A stretch of DNA of 64,000 nucleotides from Lysobacterales bacterium (GTDB lineage: Bacteria; Pseudomonadota; Gammaproteobacteria; Xanthomonadales; Xanthomonadaceae), in the NCBI GenBank assembly GCA_038323895.1, contig JBBQHK010000012.1, positions 170 to 64,169 on the forward strand, read 5' to 3'. Position 1 is the stretch's first letter. Every line of letters starts with the position of its first letter. Below the pieces are notes generated by a model. It worked only from the letters and a program-made list of their open reading frames with translations. It made no database searches and was not told where the DNA came from. This document shows, in pieces, positions 31,685 to 41,638 of this stretch. The position numbers and the translations under genes are program-made.

Positions 31685-32548
31685 TCATTGCGGACGGCGC
31701 AATATCCAGACTTCGATGTCAGCCGGCAGCACCGCGAGCAGCGGCGCCATGAGGGTGACGGCGACCGTCAGGAACAATGCTTTCGCGGCGGGCACATCAC
31801 GCGAATAGCGTACTCGCGAATACAGGCCGCGTACCGCCACCGATGGCAGGTGCGTGCGTGATTCAAGTGTGAACCCGGCATTGGTGGCCAGTCTGGTCAT
31901 GCTGCCTGTATCGAAATAATGGACGTGCGGCGAAGGGAACCCGAGCTGCCACATGCGTTCGAAGGAACCCGGCATGCCCAGCCGAGCCAGCAGCTTCGAC
32001 ACCCGATAGAGGAATCCGCTTCGCGACGGCGCATTGACGACGATCCGGCCACCGGGGGCGAGATGGTGCCAACATGCGTCCAGGGTCGCATTGACATCGG
32101 GGATGTGCTCAAGCACGTCGTTGAACACGATGATGTCGAAACGATCACTGGCATCAAGCACATCCGGGAAAAACCCGCCGAGTACCGCAAGCCCGCGCGC
32201 GCGCGTGGCTGTGGCCACGGCGACATCAGGCTCGATGCCGGTGACCTCAAAGCTGGGCGACACCATGTCGATGAACCAGCCATGCGCGCAGCCAACTTCC
32301 AGCAGGCGCGGCATTGCGTCCCCTGGCGTCACCGATTCACTGAGCAATCTGAACAGCCGCTTGAAATTGGCCTGACGCAGGACCTCCAGGCCCTTTTCGC
32401 GTGATGCTTCATCTAGATCGCCACCCTGGGCCTGCTCGAGGATGTGCGGCTGAAGCAAACTGCCCTCGTAACTGCAGGAGTCACAGCGCAAGTGCCAGTC
32501 GCGAAGCCCCGTTGCGAGCAGCGCGGCGCAAGCTGGACAGGCATGCAT
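31685..32548 (-). CDS. Class I SAM methyltransferase with N-terminal CxxC...CxxC
   Basis: CPAC...CDSC, LLEVGCAHG, FNDVLEHIPD, LAPGG; ATG 32548 coupled to upstream stop. Confidence 0.85.
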   Translation of the reverse strand: MHACPACAALLATGLRDWHLRCDSCSYEGSLLQPHILEQAQGGDLDEASREKGLEVLRQANFKRLFRLLSESVTPGDAMPRLLEVGCAHGWFIDMVSPSFEVTGIEPDVAVATATRARGLAVLGGFFPDVLDASDRFDIIVFNDVLEHIPDVNATLDACWHHLAPGGRIVVNAPSRSGFLYRVSKLLARLGMPGSFERMWQLGFPSPHVHYFDTGSMTRLATNAGFTLESRTHLPSVAVRGLYSRVRYSRDVPAAKALFLTVAVTLMAPLLAVLPADIEVWILRRPQ

Positions 32549-32916
32549 CAGGAGCGGCTTCCCCAGGAGGTGATGGCAATGCCGCACAGGATGACAACCC
32601 CACCCAGCAGCACGGGCCATCGCAGGGGCTCGCGCAGGAACAAGGCCGCAAGCACGGGAACGATCAGAAATGCGAGCCCGTAAAACGGGAACGCGAAGGA
32701 TAGCGGCACCCGCGACAACACGACCAGCCATGCCGCGGTTGCCAGTCCGTACACCACTAGCGCTGCCATCAGCGGCAACGTAATCCAGGTAGAAGGCTGC
32801 GCCAGGTCGAGCTGCGACGATGCGCTCTTGAACAGGACCTGGCCAAGCGACAGCATGAGGATCGTGCCCAGGATCAGCACCATGTTTGCCGGCGTGAAAA
32901 ACTCGGCGCGGTTCAT
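32548..32916 (-). CDS. 4-TM SMR/EamA protein, ArnE/ArnF-like lipid-phosphate-sugar flippase candidate
   Basis: 122 aa, GQVLFK, WLVVLSRVPLSFAFP, LFLREP. Confidence 0.75.
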   Translation of the reverse strand: MNRAEFFTPANMVLILGTILMLSLGQVLFKSASSQLDLAQPSTWITLPLMAALVVYGLATAAWLVVLSRVPLSFAFPFYGLAFLIVPVLAALFLREPLRWPVLLGGVVILCGIAITSWGSRS

Positions 32917-33118
32917 GCGTACATGGGCATCGCGACGATGGGTTGCTCACAAATGCCGCTGCCAGAAACGTCTGCAGGCAACCACACAGTCATGAAAAAC
33001 ATGGCAGTTCGGGTTTGATGATTGACGATCGCCACGGCCTGCTCCTGCGCAACAACACATTGCGCGAAGCTGCAATTCTAGCGGCAAGCCGTCGTAAAGC
33101 CATCCATCGGGATCAGGC

Positions 33119-34141
33119 CTACCGCTCGCGCAGGCTGGCGTTCGGTTCTTTGGCGGGCATCTTCTGGTTCCCCATCCGGCCAAGGGCGTGGCGCGGGACA
33201 CTGGCGATGTCGTAGGCCATGAACGCCAACAACAACTGCAACCCGACCAGCACCGGCATCGCCGCCAGCATGATCACGCCGGTTGCGGTGGGTTGCCCGC
33301 TGGCATGTGCCAGCCACCAATGCCAGCCGCCATAGACCAGGCCGAACAGCATCAGTGCCGCGCCCGCGACAAGCTCCAGCGAGGCAATGGTGACATCGCG
33401 CAGGAAGTAGTTGTAGAACACGCGTTTGCTGAAGTTGCGCACGTGCTTGACCAGGAATTCGCCCAATACCTTGCCAATCCTCAGGTTGCTCACCTCATCC
33501 CCATAGCTGGCATCCATCGGCACGTCGCGCACGACTGCGCGAAACGTGCCGAGCCGGAACAGCATGTCGGACTCGAAGAAGTAACGTTCGCTGATCCTGT
33601 CCAGCGGCAGCATCTCCGCCACATCCGCGGAGATCGCGGTGTAGCCGTTGGTGGGATCAAACGTATCCCAATAGCCGCTCGACAACTTGGACATGAAAGA
33701 CAGCACCGCATTGCCGAACAGGCGCTGCGCGGGCATTTGCGAGATATGACGCAGGTCGTAGAAGCGGTTGCCCTTGGTGTAGTCGGCAACGCCCGCCAGG
33801 ACAGGCGCCACGAAGCGAGGCAGCAGCGCCGGATCCATCTGGCCGTCGCCGTCCAGCTTCACGATCACACTGGCGCCGGCTTCGATCGCATGGCGGTAGC
33901 CGGTCATCACCGCGCCTCCAACGCCGAGGTTGACCGGGTTGAAGATCACCGTGACCCGCGGGTCTTGGCATGACGCCTGTACGAACTTGCCGGACTGCCC
34001 GGGGCAGGCATCATCGACGACGATGATCCGATCGACCTCGGGGCCGATTCGCGCGATCACATCGAGGATGTGCGCCGTGACCTTGAAGCACGGGATGACG
34101 ACGGCAATGTGCGGTTGCAGCCCGCCGGCCACCGCGTTCAA
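33119..34141 (-). CDS. GT2 polyprenyl-phosphate glycosyltransferase (DPM synthase/GtrB-like) with two C-terminal TM helices
   Basis: VVIPCF, VVDDAC, NLGVGGA, KLDGDGQMDP, GNRF, DPTNG, FESD. Confidence 0.85.
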   Translation of the reverse strand: MNAVAGGLQPHIAVVIPCFKVTAHILDVIARIGPEVDRIIVVDDACPGQSGKFVQASCQDPRVTVIFNPVNLGVGGAVMTGYRHAIEAGASVIVKLDGDGQMDPALLPRFVAPVLAGVADYTKGNRFYDLRHISQMPAQRLFGNAVLSFMSKLSSGYWDTFDPTNGYTAISADVAEMLPLDRISERYFFESDMLFRLGTFRAVVRDVPMDASYGDEVSNLRIGKVLGEFLVKHVRNFSKRVFYNYFLRDVTIASLELVAGAALMLFGLVYGGWHWWLAHASGQPTATGVIMLAAMPVLVGLQLLLAFMAYDIASVPRHALGRMGNQKMPAKEPNASLRER

Positions 34142-36240
34142 TGCGTATCCCAGGGATGAAAATGCCGGTGCGCCTCGTCACGCACTGCTTCAAGTCCCGC
34201 ACCGCACGCGCGACGCCAAAGATCGGGCGACGCCCAAACCATCGCAGTGCCCAGCACGTCGATCTTCTCGAACCCCCGAGCTACCAGGGCCACCTGCAAG
34301 GGCGCTCCGACCGCGCTTCCAGTGATGACGTGTGATACGCCAGTGGAGGCCATCACTTGTTGCCAACGCATGCCAGTCGGGTCGCCGCCGGCCCAGTCGA
34401 ACGATTTGGCCATGCGCGGATCATAAGGATCCCTCACCACCAGTGCCCTGCCGCCGGCTATCGCTCCGAACGGAGCATCTCGATTTGCGATGAGCACGCA
34501 GGCCCTTGGCGACTGCTCCAGAATTCTTCGCAAGACTATCCGTTCGGGAATCTTCTCCGCTTCGATCATTTCCCGCGCCGAAGGTCCATGAAGCACCAGA
34601 TTGCGCCATGGATCATCGCGCAGCAGCCAGCTTGTCGACGGCAGCAGCAGGAAATTGGCCACAACCAGGCCACTGAGCAAGATCGCGAACGGCTTCGGTG
34701 GCAGCAATCGAGCCAAACCCACGACGCCGACCGTGGAAAGTATCGCGATGGCTGGATACAGGTAACGCATGTACTGGATCTGCGCGAACATCAACAAGCC
34801 GGAAACAACGAACCAGATTGCAACGTACCTCGAGGCCGGGCGACGCATCGCTTCCACCACAAGCGCAGGCAGCAGCGCCAGCGTGGCGATTCCGAACGCC
34901 CCCGCATAGTGCTCGCCATAAAGACCGGTCTGGTAAGTGAGGTCCCAAAGCGAGCGCCACGAGAGGCCCGCCTTCCAGCGGCCATCAACCAGGTCGATCG
35001 GTGGGAAATAGCCCGATTTGAATGTGGCGTTGAACAAGGGAAACAGAGGATTGCCTGTCACCAGGATGGAGTAGACATAACTCGAGCCAGCCAGCAGGAC
35101 CGCTATGGCGGCGACTTGCACCAGCCAGCCAACGCGCCGCTGGCGCAGTGCGAGCCAGCCCAACCAGCCCATCGCCGGAAAGGCGAAGATCGCATTGGGA
35201 GCCTTGAGCGCCGCCAGCAGGCCCAGCAATGCCCCGACCAGCACGACGGGCGGAAGCGTGCGTCCAGAAGTGACCAGCAAGGCGGCAAGCTGGGTCAGCA
35301 CAGCCGCGGATGCCCCATCGACTTGCATGTTGGTGGTGAAGTAACCGGTCAATGGCAAAGAGGCGTAGACAATTGCCGCGGCCAATGCCCCCCTGGTATC
35401 GGCGCCCAGGGCCGTTGCAAGACGCCACGCGCCGTTCAGGCCGACCAGAAGCCAGAGGACGTTGACTGCGGCGCGCGCCTCCTGTCCGGCCAACAATGCG
35501 GCAACTCCATTGAGCACGTTGTTCGCCCACGGCGTCACGGCCCAAGTCTGGGTCGATACATCCAGATGGTAGTAGCCATCGACCAACAACTGTGAGGGCA
35601 GGATCAGGTGCGCCGTGTTGTCGTCGAAGTTCATGCTTGGCAACCACAAACCGAGTCCTGCGACGAACGCTGCAGCCACCAGGCATCCCAGCCACGCCGG
35701 GGATTCTTGTTCCAGCCTTGACCATTCTTCCCAGATTCGTCCTACGCGCCGCCGGATCGCATTGCGACGCCAGACACACAGGATCGTCGCACTCGCGAGA
35801 TACACCCTGATGCCGTGAAACGGGAAAGGCAGAAGCCAGCCTATTACGGCCGCAAGGATGGCCAGCCCGGCAAGGAGCACCACCACCTGTCCGTTACCTG
35901 CCGCCACGTATCCATTCGGGAGGATCGAGACGGCGCAAAGTGCCATCAGGATCGCGGCAAATGCCGTTGCCGGACCGCAGTAGATCGTAAACGCGACTGA
36001 CGCGGCAACCACCAGGAGTGAGGCCGCGCCAGGCTGCCCGGCGCCCAGGCGGTGCCTGGCGAACGTTGTCGCGATCGTGACTGCCGCCACCATCGCGAGC
36101 AGCCATCGAAAGCTCGATGGCGTTCCGGAGAACAGGCCTTGCTGCCACGCCAACCCGATCGATGCGGGGATCGCCGCGCCTGCAATCAGGGCGGCAAGGA
36201 TACCCGGGGAACCGGGTCCCGTCGCATCCAGATTCGGCAC
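34138..36240 (-). CDS. Polytopic membrane protein, probable GT-C glycosyltransferase (paralog 1)
   Basis: Many TM segments; PSMNFDD acidic pair, MQVDG, TGNPLFP, QYMRY; GTG start at 36240 assumed. Confidence 0.65.
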   Translation of the reverse strand: MPNLDATGPGSPGILAALIAGAAIPASIGLAWQQGLFSGTPSSFRWLLAMVAAVTIATTFARHRLGAGQPGAASLLVVAASVAFTIYCGPATAFAAILMALCAVSILPNGYVAAGNGQVVVLLAGLAILAAVIGWLLPFPFHGIRVYLASATILCVWRRNAIRRRVGRIWEEWSRLEQESPAWLGCLVAAAFVAGLGLWLPSMNFDDNTAHLILPSQLLVDGYYHLDVSTQTWAVTPWANNVLNGVAALLAGQEARAAVNVLWLLVGLNGAWRLATALGADTRGALAAAIVYASLPLTGYFTTNMQVDGASAAVLTQLAALLVTSGRTLPPVVLVGALLGLLAALKAPNAIFAFPAMGWLGWLALRQRRVGWLVQVAAIAVLLAGSSYVYSILVTGNPLFPLFNATFKSGYFPPIDLVDGRWKAGLSWRSLWDLTYQTGLYGEHYAGAFGIATLALLPALVVEAMRRPASRYVAIWFVVSGLLMFAQIQYMRYLYPAIAILSTVGVVGLARLLPPKPFAILLSGLVVANFLLLPSTSWLLRDDPWRNLVLHGPSAREMIEAEKIPERIVLRRILEQSPRACVLIANRDAPFGAIAGGRALVVRDPYDPRMAKSFDWAGGDPTGMRWQQVMASTGVSHVITGSAVGAPLQVALVARGFEKIDVLGTAMVWASPDLWRRACGAGLEAVRDEAHRHFHPWDTH

Positions 36241-36262
36241 GCCGCTTGTCCGGCCCGGCACG

Positions 36263-36715
36263 TCAATTGCAAGGCAGCACAGCCACCTGGTAGTTGGCCA
36301 GCTCTCGCCCGGTTTCCCCATCGACCAGGAAGAAATGCGTGCTGCCGCCAACCCAATTCCCGGTGATCGCTTCGCCGATATTGGCGCCCGCGGCGAAGGT
36401 CTGCTTATCGTCCGATGTCCCATCTCCTACCTGGATCTTCACCGTGACCACCGCGGGATCCTTCACCAGCCACTTCACGGTCGACGTCGCACGGTCGCGG
36501 CCCTCGCAGTTGAACACCTGTCCGGGATCCACGGTGAAATCAGCGAGTTCGGTGGTGCCGCTACCGACACTCTGCTTGGCTGGCTCGACAGCGACAGGCG
36601 CGGGCGCACTGCCCTGAACGGGAAGCGGGTCCGAGGGGGGCGCGGGCGACTGCGAGCAGGCGGTGGCACCCAAGAGGGACGCGGCGAGCAGTGCAGTCAT
36701 GCGGAGTGAATTCAT
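36263..36715 (-). CDS. Lipoprotein of unknown function
   Basis: Signal ending LLGATA|C, Pro/Ser-rich tether, small beta-rich domain with two more Cys. Confidence 0.7.
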   Translation of the reverse strand: MNSLRMTALLAASLLGATACSQSPAPPSDPLPVQGSAPAPVAVEPAKQSVGSGTTELADFTVDPGQVFNCEGRDRATSTVKWLVKDPAVVTVKIQVGDGTSDDKQTFAAGANIGEAITGNWVGGSTHFFLVDGETGRELANYQVAVLPCN

Positions 36716-36799
36716 GAACATTCCTTTGAGGCCGACGATGGGCTTGGTCGACGACATGATAGTGGAAGGCGTGGCCCCGCGAAGAAAATTGCAATCGGT

Positions 36800-37633
36800 T
36801 CAGCGTGTCGCCACCAGCGTCCAGTGCCCATAGAGGATCCCGTGTTCCGGCGCCCATGGCATGACCATCGACGCATGCGAAAAACCTGCCTCACGCACCA
36901 CGTCCAACAGGTCCCAGCCGAAATGCTGGAAGCACAGGACCGGTTCACCAATAGGGTCGCCATGATATTCAGGCTCCATGTGGTGCACGACGTCGCCATC
37001 GCTGGCCAGCGAAGCACGTATCAACGTCGCGGCGGCATCCGTGAACGGGAACGTGGCGATCAGCTTTCCGCCCGGACGCAACGCGCGTTTGAATTCCCCG
37101 ATCGCGGCGGCGTAGTCAGGCACGTGCTCGAGGACGTCGAAGCACGCGACTGCGTCCAGCGAGGCGTCCGCCATGCTCAAACGGGTGACATCTTCAAACT
37201 CAATCACCCCGTGGCCGCCAATGGATTCCAGGTAATCCCCCATTTTCGCGCGCCGGGCTTCGTCCGGCTGGAACTCGCTGCCCCTGACCAGAGGATAGCG
37301 AGCCTGCAACCAGGCGAATAATGACGTGGCCTGCTCGGTCACGTAGATCCGATCGTCGATATCGACCAACGTTGCCAGCATGGTGAGACTGGAGCGCAAG
37401 CGCGCGCTCATCCCGCAGTGCGGGCATGCCATTCCTTCACGAAGGTCGGTGCCTCCTTCCGTGGGAACATCGGGCAAATGCGCGACCGCTTCGCAAAGAG
37501 CGCAAACGAACGCCATTCCCCTCAAGGCTGGCCAGTGCTCCACCAGGCTGGTGCTCAACACCCACCAGGCAAGCAATGATGGATCGTCCCTTCGTTCTGC
37601 GAGGCCGTCAAAGCCCATAGATCCAAGATTCAT
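36800..37633 (-). CDS. SAM methyltransferase-like protein with CxxC...CxxC
   Basis: CALC...CPHC, DVTRLSMADASLD, FDVLEHVPD, LRPGG, EYHGDP. Confidence 0.75.
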   Translation of the reverse strand: MNLGSMGFDGLAERRDDPSLLAWWVLSTSLVEHWPALRGMAFVCALCEAVAHLPDVPTEGGTDLREGMACPHCGMSARLRSSLTMLATLVDIDDRIYVTEQATSLFAWLQARYPLVRGSEFQPDEARRAKMGDYLESIGGHGVIEFEDVTRLSMADASLDAVACFDVLEHVPDYAAAIGEFKRALRPGGKLIATFPFTDAAATLIRASLASDGDVVHHMEPEYHGDPIGEPVLCFQHFGWDLLDVVREAGFSHASMVMPWAPEHGILYGHWTLVATR

Positions 37634-37640
37634 GCGCTGC

Positions 37641-39734
37641 CTATTCCGATTTCGGAAATTCGATCAATACCCCACGACGTCGGAGCAGTGCGCTCCTGCA
37701 CGTGGCACCAGCGGTCGACAGCCAAGCCTCGAGTGGGCTCTCGTGCATCTGCATCGAGTACCCGTTCGCGGCCAATGCCTTCGACAGTGCGGGCTCCCTG
37801 GTCGGGTCCACGATGACGTACGACGCGCCGATCCCCTCCAACAGCGCGACCCAGCGTTGTCCCGAAGCATCCGCATTGGCCTGGTTGCGGGCTTCCCACA
37901 GGGCCGGGTCATAGCGGCGATGCAGTGAGATAGCATGCCCATGGCCTGCCCCGACGAATGGTTTCTTGGGATCCGCCATCAGCACGCAGGCTTCCGGGTT
38001 GGCCATCATCACCCGCTCGAGCAATGCCCGTTCCGGCATCACCTTTCGGAGTACGTCAACGCGTGCACCCGGACCCTCGCGCAGCAACTGCGTCCAGTGG
38101 TTGTCGCGCGCGATCCAACTTGTGGTCGGCATCAATGCGGCATTGGCGAGCACCAGCAAGACCACGGCAATCGCGAATGCGCGCCTGACGGAGTAGCGTG
38201 CCAGTGCAACCACGCCCAATACCGCCAGTACCGACAATGCCGGGAAGATGTAACGCAGGTACTGGACGGAGGAGAACACCAGCAAGCCCGTGGCGAGCGC
38301 CCACAGCAACAACGCGCGTGGCGCCCCGCGGCGCACGGCATCGATCACAAGCGCTGGCAACAAGGCCAACGTCGCGACGCCAGCCGCGCCCGGATGGAAC
38401 TCGCCAAACCGGCCGGTATTGAACGTCAGGTCCCACAGCGACCGCCACGAAGTCCCCGCCGTCCAACGCACGTCGCGGAAATTCTCAAGTGGGTAATACG
38501 GGGACTGGAATACCGCGTTGTAGAACGGGAACAACGGATTGCCGGTCACCAGCAGCGCATAGGCATAGCTGGAGCCACCGACCAGCAGCATGGTTGCCAG
38601 CATGGTTGCGGTCCAGCGCAAACGCATCCCTGTGGATTGCATGGCGACCATCCAGCCCACCAGCGGCAGCATGTAGACCAGGTTGCTGGTCTTGAGCGCC
38701 AGCAGCAGCCCGCAGGTGGCGCCAAACCCCACGGCGCCGAGCTTGCTCATGTCGCGCCCGACTGCCATCGCCGCAAGGTGCAACAGGATCGCCGTGCTCG
38801 CGCCGTCGACCTGCATGGTCGTCGTGAAGTAGCCAGCCAACGGTTGCGAGGCGAATACGGTGGCAGCGGCGAGTGCGGCGCGTTGCGAAGCATCCAGCGC
38901 GCGCGCCAGGCGATACGCCCCCATGATGCCAAGCATCAGCCACACCAGCGCGACCGCGGCACGCGCCTCGCCTCCCGCCAGCATCGCGGCGACGGCGTGC
39001 AGGACATTGTTTGCCCACGGCGCGACAGCCCACGACTGGGTCTGCACGTCGAGGCGGTAGTAACCATCGAACAGCAATTGCGATGGCAGGATCAGGTGCA
39101 CCGCGTTGTCGTCGTAATTCAGGCTTGGTAGCCACAGGCCGAGACTGGCGACGGTCGCCGCGCCGACCAGCAGGATCGTCCACTGTGGCTGCGTCGACGC
39201 CAGTGCACGCATCGATACGGCGGCATCGCGCAGATGGTCGGAAATGCTGCGACGTCGCAGAACGACGACCGCAGCCGCCAGCAGCAGATACAACCACCGT
39301 TGATGCACCGGGAAAGGCAGCAACCAACCCACCAACGCGGCAATCAAACCCAGGCCCACGATCAACTGCGTTGCAGCAGTTGGATTGCCTTCGCGATTCG
39401 CGAGCGAACCCAGGCCCAGCGCCACCAGCGCCAGTAGCGTCGCCACCGCACTCGTGACCAGTCCCGCGAAGACAACGAATCCAATCAGTGCAGGTAGCGC
39501 CGCGACGCACGGCAGCCACCACGCCCATCGCGATCCGTGGCGTGATGCCAAACCCGCGATTCCCGCGGCAAGCGCATGCCAGGCGGTCACGCCCGCCAGC
39601 AACCAGCGATAGTCGACGCGGATATTCGCGACCAGATCGTAGCGAATGAAGGCAAACAGCAGGATCGGCAGCGGCAACAGCAGGAGCCATGTGGCTGGAT
39701 GCACGCGCACAGGGTTTTCGATGGCATTGCTCAT
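37641..39734 (-). CDS. Polytopic membrane protein, probable GT-C glycosyltransferase (paralog 2)
   Basis: PSLNYDD, HLILPSQLL, MQVDG, TGNPLFP, QYLRY; clearly homologous to 34138-36240. Confidence 0.65.
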   Translation of the reverse strand: MSNAIENPVRVHPATWLLLLPLPILLFAFIRYDLVANIRVDYRWLLAGVTAWHALAAGIAGLASRHGSRWAWWLPCVAALPALIGFVVFAGLVTSAVATLLALVALGLGSLANREGNPTAATQLIVGLGLIAALVGWLLPFPVHQRWLYLLLAAAVVVLRRRSISDHLRDAAVSMRALASTQPQWTILLVGAATVASLGLWLPSLNYDDNAVHLILPSQLLFDGYYRLDVQTQSWAVAPWANNVLHAVAAMLAGGEARAAVALVWLMLGIMGAYRLARALDASQRAALAAATVFASQPLAGYFTTTMQVDGASTAILLHLAAMAVGRDMSKLGAVGFGATCGLLLALKTSNLVYMLPLVGWMVAMQSTGMRLRWTATMLATMLLVGGSSYAYALLVTGNPLFPFYNAVFQSPYYPLENFRDVRWTAGTSWRSLWDLTFNTGRFGEFHPGAAGVATLALLPALVIDAVRRGAPRALLLWALATGLLVFSSVQYLRYIFPALSVLAVLGVVALARYSVRRAFAIAVVLLVLANAALMPTTSWIARDNHWTQLLREGPGARVDVLRKVMPERALLERVMMANPEACVLMADPKKPFVGAGHGHAISLHRRYDPALWEARNQANADASGQRWVALLEGIGASYVIVDPTREPALSKALAANGYSMQMHESPLEAWLSTAGATCRSALLRRRGVLIEFPKSE

Positions 39735-40318
39735 CGATTTTCCGTCGATCCAAAGACGCGCGCGATATCAGTCAAGCCATCGACGTGTTCCAGCAGGTGC
39801 CTGCTTCCCACGCCTGCAGCAGCAGCGGCCTGCATGTCCGACGGCTTGTCGCCGATCATCCAGCACGCATGCAGATCCAGGGCAAAATGCTCGGAGGCTG
39901 CCAGCAACATTTCCGGCCTTGGCTTGCGGCACTCGCAAGCGACGCCGTATTCGCCGATGCCGGCATCCGGGTGATGCGGGCACCAGAACGTGGCCAGCAG
40001 TGGCGTACCGCGCTGCGCGAACTGCGCATGCATCCACGCGGTGTAGGCGAGGAATTCGTCCTCGCTGTAATAGCCACGGCCGATACCGGCCTGGTTGGTC
40101 ACGACGATGGCCAGGACGCCTTGTCGATGTGCTTGAGCCACCAGTTCGAATATCCCGGGCACCCACTGCGTATTCGCCGCCGAGTGCACATAGCCGTGGT
40201 TGACATTAATCACGCCATCGCGATCGAGAAACAATGCCTTGCGTGGCAGTGACGCCGCGGCCAGCAATGCATCGGCCTGCGGATCGAGATGGGGCGAGCG
40301 GATTGCGATCGCGGTCAT
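39731..40318 (-). CDS. gmhB: D-glycero-D-manno-heptose 1,7-bisphosphate phosphatase
   Basis: FLDRDGVIN, VTNQAGI, CPHHP, CECRKP, IGDKPSD. Confidence 0.88.
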   Translation of the reverse strand: MTAIAIRSPHLDPQADALLAAASLPRKALFLDRDGVINVNHGYVHSAANTQWVPGIFELVAQAHRQGVLAIVVTNQAGIGRGYYSEDEFLAYTAWMHAQFAQRGTPLLATFWCPHHPDAGIGEYGVACECRKPRPEMLLAASEHFALDLHACWMIGDKPSDMQAAAAAGVGSRHLLEHVDGLTDIARVFGSTENR

Positions 40319-41016
40319 GCGCGCGCGAACTGCTTCTGCGCCCGCTGGTAATCCTCTGGCACGCCGATGTCGATGAAATCGCGGGTGTCGTTCCACGCAG
40401 CGACCTTGCCGGCCGCGGCCATCGGCAGCAGCACCTCGGACTCGAATGAGAACCTGTGTACATCGGGCAACGCAGCAAGAGCAGCAGCAGTCAGGAAATA
40501 GCAGCCGGCATTGATCCAGCCATCGCCTACGCCGCCCTTTTCGCGGAAGCCTCTCACGATGCCGCCCCGCGTTTCGACTGCGCCATAGCGGCCAACGTCA
40601 TCCACATGCGCGAGCGCGAGTCCGATTGCGGTATTCGCAGTGAGCGTTGCCTGTTCCAGCGCGGCGGTCGAATACACCAGCCAGGTATCGCCATTGAGCA
40701 CATGCGCGCATCCGCCCTGCAGCAGGTTCGCGGCCTGCCGGATCGCGCCACCGGTCCCGAGCGGGCTGGTTTCCACCGAATGCACGATGTCCATGCCCGC
40801 CCAATGCGGGCCGATTTCGCGTTCGACGACATCGGCCATGTAACCAGTGGCAAGGATGCAACGGCGCATGCCCTGCTCCGCCAGGCGATCCAGCAACCAC
40901 GTCAGGAATGGGCGACCGGCGACCGGTGCCAGAGGCTTGGGCACGTCGGTCACGACCTCGCGCAGGCGGGTGCCGAAACCGCCGGCCAGGATGATGGCCT
41001 CGTCAGCCGCCATCAC
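40315..41016 (-). CDS. hddC: Heptose-1-phosphate guanylyltransferase (HddC-like nucleotidyltransferase)
   Basis: LAGGFGTRL, PKPLA, PLGTGGA, NGD, FIDIGVPEDY; lies between gmhA and gmhB. Confidence 0.8.
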   Translation of the reverse strand: MMAADEAIILAGGFGTRLREVVTDVPKPLAPVAGRPFLTWLLDRLAEQGMRRCILATGYMADVVEREIGPHWAGMDIVHSVETSPLGTGGAIRQAANLLQGGCAHVLNGDTWLVYSTAALEQATLTANTAIGLALAHVDDVGRYGAVETRGGIVRGFREKGGVGDGWINAGCYFLTAAALAALPDVHRFSFESEVLLPMAAAGKVAAWNDTRDFIDIGVPEDYQRAQKQFARA

Positions 41017-41638
41017 GCGGATACATCTGTGCTTCGATCAATGCGCACAGCATGTGACCCACGAATTCGTGACCTTCCTGGATCCGTGGTGTTTCGCTGG
41101 ACGGTATGCGCAAGCAGATGTCGCTGAGCGGCGCGAGCTTGCCACCACCCGCCCCCGTGAAACCGATTACATGGATCCCCCGAGCGCGCGCAGCTTCGGC
41201 GGCGCGGATGATGTTCGGAGAATTGCCGGAGGTGGAGATCGCGACGAAAACGTCACCGGCCTGGCCGAGCGCCTCGACCTGGCGCGCAAAGGTGTAGTCA
41301 AAACCGTAGTCGTTGCCGATCGCGGTGAGGATGCTGCTGTCGGTGGTCAGTGCAATCGCCGGCAAGCCCGGGCGGTCGTAATAGAAGCGACTGACAAGTT
41401 CACCAGCCCAATGCTGCGCATCCGCGGCGCTGCCGCCGTTACCGGCGAACAGCATCTTGCGCCCGTCGCGCAGTGCCGCGACCGACAACGCCACCGCATC
41501 GACCAGTTGCGCGGCGATCACCGCATCGGTCGACATCGCCTGCATGTTGGTGAGTGCCTTGGCGAACTCGTCGCGGATGGTCGCGCGCATTGCATCGTTC
41601 GTCGCATCGTTGCAGGGATCTTTGTTTGTATTGTTCAT
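41003..41638 (-). CDS. gmhA: Sedoheptulose-7-phosphate isomerase
   Basis: GNGGSAADAQH, TAIGNDY, ISTSGNS, RIQEGH. Confidence 0.93.
   Translation of the reverse strand: MNNTNKDPCNDATNDAMRATIRDEFAKALTNMQAMSTDAVIAAQLVDAVALSVAALRDGRKMLFAGNGGSAADAQHWAGELVSRFYYDRPGLPAIALTTDSSILTAIGNDYGFDYTFARQVEALGQAGDVFVAISTSGNSPNIIRAAEAARARGIHVIGFTGAGGGKLAPLSDICLRIPSSETPRIQEGHEFVGHMLCALIEAQMYPRDGG

Noticed and set aside
31685-32950. 421-aa ORF suggesting a flippase-methyltransferase fusion or frameshift
   Set aside because: Explained by two coupled genes in different frames (TGATG overlap at 32546-32550)
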